Positions 14,608-29,356 of a stretch of DNA of 64,000 nucleotides are shown piece after piece. Source of the stretch: Eledone cirrhosa. Taxonomy: Eukaryota. The notes beneath the pieces are model-generated. The model made no database searches. It saw only the letters and a list, made by a program, of their open reading frames with translations, and was not told the origin of the DNA. The stretch is from assembly GCA_964016885.1 (NCBI GenBank), contig OZ024740.1:297538001-297602000 (forward strand), in the 5' to 3' direction. Position numbers and translations under genes: made by a program. Each line of letters opens with the position of its first letter. Position 1 is the stretch's first letter.

Positions 14608-14638
<31 letters not shown>

Positions 14639-15107
14639 TATATATATATAGATATATATAGATATATATATATATATATATATATAGATATATATATATA
14701 GATATATATAGATATATATATATATATAGATATATATATAAGATATATATATATAGATATATATAGATATATATATATATATAGATATATATTATATAGA
14801 TATATATATATAGATATAGATATATATATATAGATATATATAGATATATATATATATATAGATATATATATAGATATATATATATAGATATATATAGATA
14901 TATATATATAGATATATATAGATATATATATATATAGATATATATATAGATATATATATATAGATATAGATATATATATATATAGATATATATATATAGA
15001 TATATATATATATAGATATATATATATATATATAGATATATATATATATAGATATATATATATATATAGATATATATATATAGATATATATATATAGATA
15101 TATATAT

Positions 15108-15180
<73 letters not shown>

Positions 15181-15191
15181 TATATATATAT

Positions 15192-15230
<39 letters not shown>

Positions 15231-15375
15231 ATAGATATATATATAGATATATATATAGATATATAGATAGATAGATATATATATAGATAGATATATATAT
15301 AGATATATAGATATATATATAGATAGATATATATATAGATATATAGATATATATATAGATATATATATAGATATA

Positions 15376-15419
<44 letters not shown>

Positions 15420-15495
15420 TATATATATAGATATATATATATATCTATATATATATATCTATATATAGATATATATATATATATATATATATATT

Positions 15496-15529
<34 letters not shown>

Positions 15530-15606
15530 ATATATATATAGATATATATATATATAGATATATATATATATATATATATAGATATAGATATATAGATATA
15601 TATATA

Positions 15607-15694
<88 letters not shown>

Positions 15695-15852
15695 TATATA
15701 TCTATATATAGATATATATATATATCTATATATAGATATATATATATATCTATATATAGATATATATATATATCTATATATAGATATATATATATATATA
15801 TAGATATATATATATATATATATATAGATATATATATAGATATATATATATA

Positions 15853-15930
<78 letters not shown>

Positions 15931-15942
15931 TATATATATATA

Positions 15943-16018
<76 letters not shown>

Positions 16019-16030
16019 TATATATCTATA

Positions 16031-16090
<60 letters not shown>

Positions 16091-16105
16091 TAGATATATA
16101 TATAT

Positions 16106-16138
<33 letters not shown>

Positions 16139-16166
16139 TATATATATATATATAGATATATATATA

Positions 16167-16200
<34 letters not shown>

Positions 16201-16876
16201 TATATATATATATATAGATATATAGATATATATATATATATAGATATATATAGATATATATAGATATATATATATATATAGATATAGATATATAGATATA
16301 TATAGATATAGATATATAGATATATATATATATATAGATATATATATATATTAGATATATATAGATATATATATAGATATATATATATATATATAGATAT
16401 ATATATATAGATATATATATATATATAGATATATATATATATATAGATATATATATATATATAGATATATATATATATATAGATATATATATATAGATAT
16501 ATATATATATATATATATAGATATATATATATATATATATATAGATATATATATATAGATATATATAGATATATATATATATATATAGATATAGATATAT
16601 ATATATAGATATATATATATAGATATATAGATATATATATATAGATATATATATAGATATATATATATATATAGATATATATATAGATATATATAGATAT
16701 ATATATATAGATATATATAGATATATATATATAGATATATATAGATATATATATATAGATATATATATATAGATATATATAGATATATATATATAGATAT
16801 ATATAGATATATATATATAGATATATATATATATATATATAGATATATATATAGATATATATAGATATATATATAT

Positions 16877-16916
<40 letters not shown>

Positions 16917-16932
16917 TAGATAGATATATATA

Positions 16933-16967
<35 letters not shown>

Positions 16968-17010
16968 ATATATATATATATATATATCTATATATATATA
17001 TATATATATC

Positions 17011-17066
<56 letters not shown>

Positions 17067-17076
17067 GAGAGAGAGA
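14398..17076. repeat. ~2.7-kb (TA)n/(TAGA) microsatellite ending in (GA)n
   Basis: Direct inspection. Confidence 0.95.
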
Positions 17077-17648
17077 GTGAGTATGGGGTTAACAAAAAAG
17101 GGATGTGTGGATCACATTATTGTCGGTTGTCAAGCAGAGAAAAAGAAGCACTCAACGACCTGTATAAATGGTACAAGACGGAACATTATATATTATTTTA
17201 CCCGAAGAAACAACACTACGCGTTCTGCTGGCCCCATGTATCATAAAAAGAAAAACCTTTTGGGGGAACTTATTAGATTTTTACAAATTTTAAAGGTTTC
17301 TTAGGAACTTTCAATGTTTATTTTAAGAGCTTAGGCAATCTTAATTGATAGTCCTCAGTCAAATATGTATAACGGAGTTTTAAATAAACCTGAATCAACT
17401 GAATATGGCCTCCGATCTTTTATATAATATATAAGGAAGAAAACACAGGAGAGAGAGTGTGTGTTTATCAGGTTACAAAGGGTACCACTAGCGTATGGAA
17501 CTTATAAATTAAGAAAGGTGAGGTAGATACTTTATAATTAAAAAGATAAATTAAAATGAAACAACCCACCTTTCTTAGTTTATAAGTTCCATACGCTAAT
17601 GGTACCCCCTGTAACCTGATAAACACACACACACACACACACACACTA

Positions 17649-17698
<50 letters not shown>

Positions 17699-18225
17699 TC
17701 CCTCGTGTGTTTTCTTCTCTATATTATATTTGAATGGCCCAGGATTATTTTTCCTTTGAGCTCATTAATTACAGGGACTAACACGAGTTTCTGACTCCAT
17801 TACTTCATTTTAATATATATATATACAAAGTGTTAAAACGATCAAATTTTAGTTTAGAACTTTTATTTGCTGACAATTATTTCTTCCAGAAGGAAGTCTG
17901 GAATCATCGGAGCATAGGGAATGTCGAAACATGTAACTAAAAATAGTTGTATCAAACATATATAAATATAAATATATACACAGATAAATCCACTAATTAA
18001 TGGTAGGGTCTAAGCCGTATGAAGAACTCAATGTAATCCGTATGTAGAAGATGTTGTGAAGCAAAGTTTAAAATACAAAATTTCAACGATATAATTCATT
18101 GGATACAGAGTCAAAAATACAAATAGTGAAAACAATGAAATTAAACAAAAAACGGTCAATTCATATTAAAAATAGTTTTACGATGAATTAACCGTTTTTT
18201 GTTTAATTTCATTGTTTTCACTATT

Positions 18226-18287
<62 letters not shown>

Positions 18288-18300
18288 CATTTGAGCTTTG

Positions 18301-18334
<34 letters not shown>

Positions 18335-18575
18335 ACGAAGGAAATGTGGTAAGGAACCAGGTGGACCATAATGCACCAAAGTACTCAATACTTGAGGTAG
18401 TAGAGTGGGTAATAGAGTGGGTAATACTGGTTCCTATATATATATATATATATATATATAATTGGATACTTAGTAAAATCGAATCTCTGGAGGTGTGCAA
18501 GCAAATTCGGCCTACTATGAGAATGAGTTAGCAAAGCACTCGACAAGGTAGGTCCTCAGAGTAATAACATACGTT

Positions 18576-18612
<37 letters not shown>

Positions 18613-19087
18613 CTTTTCTATATATATATAGCATATAGCATACATCTCATTGCTATGAGACTGTTTCATGTTTTAGTTGTAATCGACAACATTTCCTTTT
18701 AGTTTCTTGATATTTAGATATTCCAGCTTTTAACCATTCCTATTTTTCACACAAATACACGTCCCTCCTCAATGTTGCGGGAACGCAGTTAGCCACTAGA
18801 GGTAACACATTGTCAGCTGGAGCCATGAAAGTAACATAGACCTAAGGTTCAGTATGTTAGTGAGACGGAACAAGCAAACAAAAGAACCTGACTATCTTCA
18901 ATGGCTGGTTCATGTTGCAACCGTTATCCACTGCATACATACATACATACATACATACATACATACATACATACATACATACATACATACATACATACAT
19001 ACATACGTACGTACGTACGTACATACATACATACATACATACATACATACATACATACATACATACATACATACATACATACATACA

Positions 19088-19765
19088 AAGGGGAGGGCCA
19101 TCAGCTGACAGTAAATGTAGGCTATGTAAAAGAAAGATCGAGGATGTAAGCCTCATTGTTGCCAGCTGCGAAAGAATGTCATCTCGCTACTACCTCCCGA
19201 TGAGACACGATGGGATAGCTAGAACCATCTGGAACGCACTTCGGAAAACAAAATTAACAATAAACGAGGAAGAATATATTGAGACAGATGGCACTAAGGA
19301 ATACTGGTGGAACCTGAAAATAAAAACTGCCACCAAATTAAAGCACAACCGGCCTGATATTGTTGTTTGGGACCACACATTGAAAACGTGTTTTGTTGTG
19401 GAGATCAGCTGCCCACTTGATGTAAACGTTGTCAGAAAAATACAGGAGGAGGACATCTACGGACCATTGATGAGGAGTTTACAAATCCAGTATCCAAGAT
19501 ACACCTTTAGCTTCATACCCATCATTATTGGAGCTACGGGTTATATACCAACCCGCTTGGACCAAAGTATGACTGAACTTGGATTTGCGGACAAAGAGCG
19601 CAGCTCTCTAATTCATAGTCTACAAATGGCTGTGATAGCTGGCACCTTCAAAATTTGCAAAACATTCTTGCGATTCAAGGGATGAAAATTTCTTTTCTTT
19701 TACAACCTTGCCACCAGGAAGGTGGCCGGTCAAAAAAATACACTCGAAATTAAGAGAAAGAGATA
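19088..19765 (+). mobile_element. 5'-truncated R4/Dong-like non-LTR retrotransposon (zinc knuckle plus restriction-like endonuclease)
   Basis: CRLC...C...RHDGIA...HNRPDIVVWD...EISCP...IPIIIGATG; (TACA)n on both sides. Confidence 0.8.
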
Positions 19766-19814
19766 ACATACATATATACATACATAATACATACTTACAT
19801 ACATACAAGAACAC

Positions 19815-20259
19815 GAGGGTGGCCCTTATTTTTCAACTTTCTAAAGATTTAGCTCCCACCCCACTATCTTGTTCCAATTAACAAAAAAATCAATTTATGC
19901 AAAACTTTAGCGCCAGCAGACAACTCCAAAGCGGCCCTCATCGACCGTGAAATTTTGAAGTTTTCGCCCGGAGAGTCATTTTTCAGATAAAAAAATGTTA
20001 TCTCTTATATAATTTTCTCTTAAATTAAAAACTTGTTCAGACTCATTCTTGGTATTACAAGGATAAGTGACAATAAATATAATGGGGAAGGCAACTTGCA
20101 AAGCTGGGGACAGAACGCAGGTATAGAACAAACACCTATTTTTTGCTGTGGGATTTTAACTTTTGGAAATTACCTATTGCTAAGTGCCACCGTAATATAC
20201 ATATATCCGTATGTGGTTGACAGCTGAGAGAAATGAGTACTCGGTATTGAGTAATACAT

Positions 20260-20322
<63 letters not shown>

Positions 20323-21638
20323 GTATATGTATATACTCTCCTTACCATCCTTGTTTTCATATTTCTCCTTGCTCCCCTTTTCATAGAGTACAAGGAGAAA
20401 GGGAGAGCACGGAGAAAAGAGGAGTAAGGAGAGCAATGAGAAAGGGAGAACAAGGAGATCAAGGATAAAAGGAGAGCAAAGAAAAAATGAAAGAAAGGAG
20501 AGCAATGAGAAAAGGAGAGCAAGGAGAGCAATGAGAAAGGGAGTGCAAGGAGAGAAATGAGAAAGGGAGAGCAAGGAGAGGTTAAGGCAAATATTACTCA
20601 AGTTATGCTGGAAGCAGACAAAGAGGAAGAACAAAAAAATCAAGTGAAGAGGTACATTCTGCACCAAAATTACTTTTCTTCCTTTACAAACATCAAGTTT
20701 TCATCTTTTGTAACTCCTGGTGCAAAAACTTTCTTCACGAGATTTTCTATCAGCACTGATTTTCTCGACAAAGACTCTTCAGCATGGAAGCGTGATCCTG
20801 GTTACAAAAGTTGACTTGAAAAACTTGAGAAGACAGTTGTTGTGAATGATATTGTAGAAAGAAGTGTCAAACTCATTCAGGATTACAATAACATTCTCAC
20901 AAAAGATGAAACTGAGAAACAATTTGTTTTACAGATCGTTACCGAAAACCATAAAACATACCCAACTGCCACTAAATCCGCTCTTATGCAAAAATAATTG
21001 TTTCTGCTTTTGGCACAAGGCCAGCAATTACCCAGTGTATTACTGGTACTTTATTTTATCGACCCCGTAAGGGTGAAAGGCAAAGTTAACCTCGGCGGGA
21101 TTTGAACTCAGATCATACAGGGAGGTAACTCTATGCTTCAAAGCATGGCGTCCGACCCTCTACCGAGACTGCCAATCCACCACCCTTATGCAAAAATATT
21201 CAGTGTTCAGTGTTCACATTATGTTTTTGATTCTATAGAAATTATTGTTGTAAATAAAAATGCGTTTCTCTTATATAAGTTGTGTGCTTTATTAAGAAAA
21301 CCTAATATTTCTTAGTTTTTCATGTTATTTCAGGGATCTTTCAAATTAACTATTAGTAAATTTGATTCAGAACATTTTAAAACATTTGCTGAGTGTGCCT
21401 GGATGTGTCCACATAAATTTCTCTAAGAAGAAAAAAGAAAATGGTCAAGATAGGGTACAGTATACCGCTTTTGAACAGAATTAATCATTGCGTATACTCT
21501 GTTCCAACTTCAAGGCGTTTGAGGGTCGCCTAACAGTTTTCCGATTGAGCTGAAATTTTGCACACCCCGTGTTTTTGTTGAAACAAGATTAAGGGGTGGG
21601 GGCAGAAAAATTTTAACTTTCGAAAAAATACCTATTGC
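19815..21638 (+). mobile_element. Decayed DNA transposon, possibly Sola2-like, with transposase remnant at ~20560-20990
   Basis: Starts GAGGGT; imperfect ~130-bp terminal inverted repeats (19815-19940, 21520-21638); ...VVNDIVERSVKLIQDYNNILTKDETEKQFVLQIV. Superfamily call is from memory. Confidence 0.6.
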
Positions 21639-22371
21639 TAAGAGTCACACACACATATATACATACACACATACATATATACACACACACACACATACAC
21701 ACATACATACATACATACATACATACATACATACATACATACATACATACATACATACATACATACATACATACATGGTGGCTGCCAACTCGTTTTCGAG
21801 TACGGCCACTACTTTATATCCATGTAGGAGAACCCCTACCGATGCGCTGAACGAGTGTGACTTTTTAGTCCAGCCAGTGACTTGAAAACTCTGGTACAAA
21901 CACTACACTTGTGACAATTATTGACACATAGTGCTAGGCCCATGGTACCATGTGACGACAAGTGCAGAGAGATCTCCAGATATAAAGCAATGCCTGTGCC
22001 GTGAAGCTTTTATAGTGAGCAAAGGCACTGCACAAAGCCAGTCCCACTCTCTTAACCAAGATGATATTTACCAAAAAGAAGAACAAGTCAACATCATTGG
22101 ATACCATCAGGGTTGCAGGTGTTATATCAGAGTTTTCCTTCTCCTAGAATTCTGCCTTGACAAAGGCTAAGGGGTCATCACTCCCGGTGATTTTGGATGG
22201 CCATTCTCTTAAGAGCTCCTTTGCCCTTTGATAGGTTTTGTTTTTAGTCCTGCAGGATGTCCAAAGTCACCCTCCTCACCAAGAAACCTTGGTGGGGTTG
22301 CCAGTTTAGTCGCCAACGACACGACCATGAGACATACATACATACATACATACATACATACATACATACAT

Positions 22372-22425
<54 letters not shown>

Positions 22426-22790
22426 GTATATACATATTAACCTAGCTGATGTCTAAATTCCAGCGAGTGTTTGGTTTCTATGTTAAAACCAGGCTCTCTC
22501 TCACACACACACACTATTTTTGAAAATTATTAAAATAATGATTTCTTTATGACATCTATTCTAGGCCTTTTGGCTAAGATCAAAGTATGTTATTTATAAA
22601 CTAATTGTTTCTACTTTTGGCACAAGGCCAGCAATAACCCCCAATGCATTACTGTTGCTTTATTTTATCGACTCCGTAAAGATGAAAGGCAAAGTGAGGG
22701 GGGGGGTCGATAAAATAAAGCACCAGTAAAGCACTGGGATAATTGCTGGCTTTGTGCCAAAAGTAGAAACAATTATTTTATAAAAATAAC

Positions 22791-22819
22791 ACACTTTGAT
22801 CTTAGCCAAAAGGCCGAGA
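22791..22819 (-). pseudogene. 5' fragment of U2 snRNA (second, inverted copy at 22560-22586 plus)
   Basis: tctcggccttttggctaagatcaaagtgt matches the U2 5' end TCTCGGCCTTTTGGCTAAGATCAAGTGT with one extra A. Confidence 0.75.
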
Positions 22820-23595
22820 CTAGATGTCATAACGAAATCATTATTTTAATAATTTTCAAAAATAGTGTGTAAGCGAAGGGGGAGGGGGGAGAGAGTGAGT
22901 GAGTGACAGGGAGAGAGAGAGAGAGAGATGATGGGTTTTAACATAGAAAGATTGAAGAACTGTGAGAAATAATTGTTTCTACTTTAGGCACAAGGCCAGC
23001 AATAACCCAGTACATTACTGGTACTTTATTTTATCGACCCCGTAAGGATGAAAGGCAAAGTTAACCTCGGCGGGATTTGAACTCAGACCATAAAGGGCCG
23101 TAACTCTTTGCTACAAAGCATGGCGTCCGACCGTCTACCGATACTGCCAATCCGCCGACCTCAAACTGTGAGAAATAATTGTTTCTACTTTAGGCACAAG
23201 GCCAGCAATTACCCAGTGCATTACTGGTACTTTATTTTATCGACCCCGTAAGGATGAAAGGTAAAGTCAACCTCGGCGAGAAATAATGCAAGAATGCAAG
23301 CAGGTGATTGTAGGAAATAGATAACAGTATAAGAGAGGTTTAAAGAGAGTGTTATTTATAAAATAATTGTTTCTACGTTAGGCATGCAAGAATGAAAGCA
23401 GGTGATTGTAGGAAATAGATAAGAGCATAAGAGAGGTTTAACGGGAGACATATTATGAGAGATACGAAAAGAGAAAGTGTTAAAGCTGGAGCAATAAACT
23501 GAGAGATACAGTGATAGATAGATAGAGAGAGAGGGGGGGGGAGAGATTGTGTTCAAAAGACAACAGGATAGTGTATATATGTATATTTGGGTTTT

Positions 23596-23781
23596 GGATT
23601 GGCAGTATCGGTAGAGAGTCGGACACCATGCTTTGAAGCATAGAGTTACGTCCCTTTATGATCTGAGTTCAAATACCGCCGAGGTTAACTTTGCCTTTCA
23701 TCCTTACGGCGTCGATAAAATAAAGTACCAGTAATGCACTGGGTAATTGCTGGCCTTGTGCCTAAAATAGAAACAATTATT
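23596..23781 (+). mobile_element. Octopod tRNA-derived SINE, representative copy (more than 20 in window)
   Basis: A-box-like tggcagtatcggtag, B-box gagttcaaat(c/a)cc, tail ggccttgtgcctaaa(g/a)tagaaacaattatt. Other copies at approx. 1-172, 5585-5945, 6522-6712, 20993-21187, 22967-23280, 37234-37345, 37803-37980, 47776-47958, 53183-53395, 54466-54652, 61333-61646, 62795-63011. Confidence 0.85.
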
Positions 23782-24284
23782 TTATATAAAATAATAAAAC
23801 CCAAATATACATATATACACTATCCTGTTGTCTTTTGAACACAATCTATCCCCCCCCCTCTCTCTCTCTATCTATCTATCACTGTATCTCTCAGTTTATT
23901 GCTCCAGCTTTAACACATTTAAATGTATTCTATTTTCTCCTAGTTTATTTTACACCTAATTCTGTTTAGTTGACTGTATCTGGGCGATTACGCTGTCGAA
24001 ATATTCGATAAATATTCCGTTGCGGCCGACGCGAAAGGCTAGTTTCGGTTATTTGTTGGAGATTTCTTCATAGAAGCCTCATTCTTATAGCCTGGTCTAT
24101 TCGATTTTTTATATAGTTAATTATGCTAATTGGGAGAGGAAATGATATATATTTTATCTTGTGATTCTATAGACATGTTTTATGATATATAGCTCTGATT
24201 ATTTAATTTATTAAATTTTCATTGAGCCACAAAGTGATCCGTTGCAAAACACGTATATGTATGTATATATATATGTAAACTTTT

Positions 24285-25652
<1,368 letters not shown>

Positions 25653-25884
25653 ACAATAAATGGAAACTATATTTATAAAACCATATTTATTTTATTATAT
25701 ATATTTCAAGGGCAACCAAGACAATATTGGTACGCTTTCATCAGATAAAGTACAAAGTTTGTTTTATAAATAGAGACGTACCCATGAAAATCATACCTTA
25801 TCGGTTGGAAATTCACTGGATAAGGTGTGAATTCAACCGATAAGGTATGATTTTCATGGGTACGTCTCTTTTTATAAAACAAAC

Positions 25885-25953
25885 TTTATTTTATCTGATG
25901 AAAGCGTACCAATATTGTCTTGGTTGCCCTTGAAATATATATAATAAAATAAA
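25885..25953 (+). ncRNA. Type I hammerhead (copies 25686-25749 minus, 26725-26790 minus, 26931-26990 plus)
   Basis: ttttat-CTGATGA-aag...ctt-GAAA-tatata-TA-ataaaa, inside the duplicated palindromic elements 25655-25990 and 26690-27025. Confidence 0.7.
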
Positions 25954-26023
25954 TATGGTTTTATAAATATAGTTTCCATTTATTTAATATCATTGACTTC
26001 CAACAAATTAAATACAACTTCTA

Positions 26024-26059
<36 letters not shown>

Positions 26060-26247
26060 GGTTTGTTGGTTCACCACTGGATAGAACTGGTCATTCCGTA
26101 TAGTCAACCTCGATGTAACATTAGAGAGAGCACTCAACGTAATGCAACTCACCCGTCTTCGTTTGTGTTGTTGGTGGTACGAGTATGGAGTTAATTATTA
26201 TAAAATAACAGGAGGCTGGATTGGTGTAATTCCTTAAAAGGTTTATT

Positions 26248-26304
26248 ATACTATGAACATTTCAGTGACCGGGTCAGTATAAATCCGGTGACATCATCAG
26301 GTAT
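26248..26304 (-). ncRNA. Type I hammerhead in the nested inverted-repeat element ~26000-26620
   Basis: atac-CTGATGA-tgtcaccgg...ccggtcact-GAAA-tgttca-TA-gtat. Confidence 0.65.
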
Positions 26305-27022
26305 TCGAAATTTAACAAAGGAATATAATAGAAAAAATGCATGGGGATGAGAAGCAGAGATATGAGGGCGGCCGAACATTTAGCAGCTTCTAGGCCGGTC
26401 GGCCGCCCTCAAGTGATGATTATTAAGCCTACTTATGTCCTTATGTCTTCTTATGTCCTTCACCAGAAGACGGGTGAGTTGCATTACGTTGAGTGCTCTC
26501 TCTAATATTACATCGAGGTTGACTATACGGAATGACCAGTTCTATCCAGTGGTGAACCAACAAACCTAAATATATATATATATATATAAGTAGAAGTTGT
26601 ATTTAATTTGTTGGAAGTTCGACAAACATAAATATGTTTATAACTGATTTAGAGCACTCAACAAGTTACTGGAGCAAATATTCAATGATATTAAATAAAT
26701 GGAAACTATATTTATAAAACCATATTTATTTTATTATATATATTTCAAGGGCAACCAAGACAATATTGGTACGCTTTCATCAGATAAAATACAAAGTTTG
26801 TTTTATAAAAAGAGACGTACCCATGAAAATCATACCTTATCGGTTGAATTCACACCTTATCCAGTGAATTTCCAACCGATAAGGTATGATTTTCATGGGT
26901 ACGTCTCTATTTATAAAACAAACTTTGTACTTTATCTGATGAAAGCGTACCAATATTGTCTTGGTTACCCTTGAAATATATATAATAAAATAAATATGGT
27001 TTTATAAATATAGTTTCCATTT

Positions 27023-27093
<71 letters not shown>

Positions 27094-27257
27094 GCGTGTA
27101 TGTGTGTGTGTGCTCGGAAAAGATTGTTTTGATAAAAACAGGAGTAAGCAGGAGAAAGCTCTCAACAATCGTTGTTTTTAGTTACGATGGAGAATTTTAT
27201 AAAAACAACAAAATAAGATGCTGAGGTTACATATGTGTAACCTCAGCATCTTATTTT

Positions 27258-27327
<70 letters not shown>

Positions 27328-27699
27328 TAGGAGAGGTACCCGGCGTTGCTCAGGTATTAAATAGCAGTTATGTATACCATTTTATGTCTATACTTCAGTG
27401 CTGCTTCGAAAACTATACTTTTACAAAATCATCGGCTTTTTCTAAGAGGGGTTCCTGCCCCCAGGGGTCCCCTACTCAATATGTGCCAATTCTGAGAGTT
27501 CCGCGAGATTTGAACTCAGATCATAAACGGGCCGCAACTCTATGCTGCAAAGCATAGCGCCCTGACCTCTACCGATATTGCCAATCAACTGCCCTTATAA
27601 ATGCCATAAATGAGAAGAAAAAGGTGGGGGACCATGAACTACTAGAAGAAAGGGGGAAAGCATAAGTGACAACAATGACAGCAACAAACGTAATCTTAC

Positions 27700-27774
27700 T
27701 TTTAACATCAATTGGTTGTTTATTTGTTAGAATATCCAGTAACGATGGTGTGGAAGGTGTCACAGAGATAGATC
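27700..27774 (-). CDS. Linker exon GSISVTPSTPSLLDILTNKQPIDVK
   Basis: Long polypyrimidine tract then ttccAG, donor A|gtaaga; 75 bp, phase 1-1. Confidence 0.8.
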
Positions 27775-29356
27775 CTGGAATACGGAGAAAATAAAAGAAA
27801 GATAAGAAAAAAATTTGTTGTACTACAGTAGATATCAGCAACATTCGATTGACTTTCGTCAAATCGGACCGAGGAAACAATGTTCCGTTGGTCTTTCCAC
27901 TGCTAATACTCCCCTGTCGGTCGCAACTCCAGGTAGAAGGAGCAACGTAAAATAAAGTGCCTTGCTCAAGGACATAACACATCGCCCGGTCCAGGAATCG
28001 AACTCACAACCTCATGATTGCGAATCCAATTCTCTTACCACTCAGCCACACGTCTTTGGCAACGCTGAGCAATCAAAATTAAATCTATTTCCAATCTTGG
28101 CTTCTTTAGATCATGTAATCTTCAGGACAGTTTCTTTTAACCCTTTAACATTGTACTATATATACTATTATATTTACTATTGCATTTTCACAGTAAATGC
28201 TTTACCTCACATTATTATCTCACATAATATCGAATCTATGAGATTTTAATATTATTTATTTTGAGAACAATACCTTAACATCAGTATGAGTAGCCAGTTA
28301 CAGCTGGCTTGAACAGAAAGAAGTGAGAGAATTCTGGCCGGATATGGCCGGTTTGAATGCTAAATGATAATGAAGGAGGCTGTTCGCGTTTCTAATGCAT
28401 TTGAACATCCAACAGAGTTGACTTGAGCCTAATATACAATATTAGAACAGCCTATGGGTAAACTACCCCCTCCCCAACCAAAATCTTAGGGTTTTTTGTT
28501 AAAAGAAAAGGTTTCTATTTTTTATTTAGACCCGTAACTCTGTCCCGAGGGAGTGGGAGCGGCACCGCATTGACATATGGTGTTTCTGGGGCATTTTTAA
28601 ACCTGGCGGTGCCCATCTCCTCTCCAAGTCTGAATATAGCAGATTTCTGCCGGAGAAGGATCGAGAGTGAGAAAGAATAAGTGAGAATGAGATATAGAGG
28701 AAGAATCGACCCCAGTACTAAACCTTAAATGGATGAAAGGCAAAGTTGACCTAGACGGGATTTGAACTCAGAGAGCAGAGAGTCGGAACGAATACTGCAA
28801 AGTATTCTATCCGACGTCCTAACGACTCGGGCCTATTCGCCGCCACAACAAAGCACCTTGATGGCACTTAAACTCGCCTGCTTCAACACATTCAGAACAT
28901 AAGCTGGCGACATCTGACTTTGAGAGAGATATATGCCAGCCTCCCACGCATATCTGTCGTACGTAAAAGGAGAGTAAGATTTGCTGGCCACTGCCATCGT
29001 GCCACCTATGAGGCTGCGTGTCCATTAGTGCTTTGGGAAACCACAAGCAGTCACTAATAACAAGGGGGCGCAAGCTCTACTACCCCGATGTCATCTCCAG
29101 AGATTCTGGACTTGACAACGACAATGAACGACAGACCACGTGGAAATCAATTGTTGAGTCCGTTTCGGCTGAGGCCTCCGGCTGATGATGATGATTCACC
29201 GCCACAAAACAAACACTCTTGGATGATAATCAAATCTGTACTTAACTGTTCACTTTTCTTGAAGGAGATTCAGGTTTCAGGGTCGCCGTTCTTCTTGTGC
29301 CTGTTCCACCACCACCTACTCCGGTACCTGGAATACTGACTGCACTCCCTCTATAC

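Noticed and set aside
23596-23690. tRNA genes
   Set aside because: The A/B boxes belong to SINE heads and no full cloverleaf is present.
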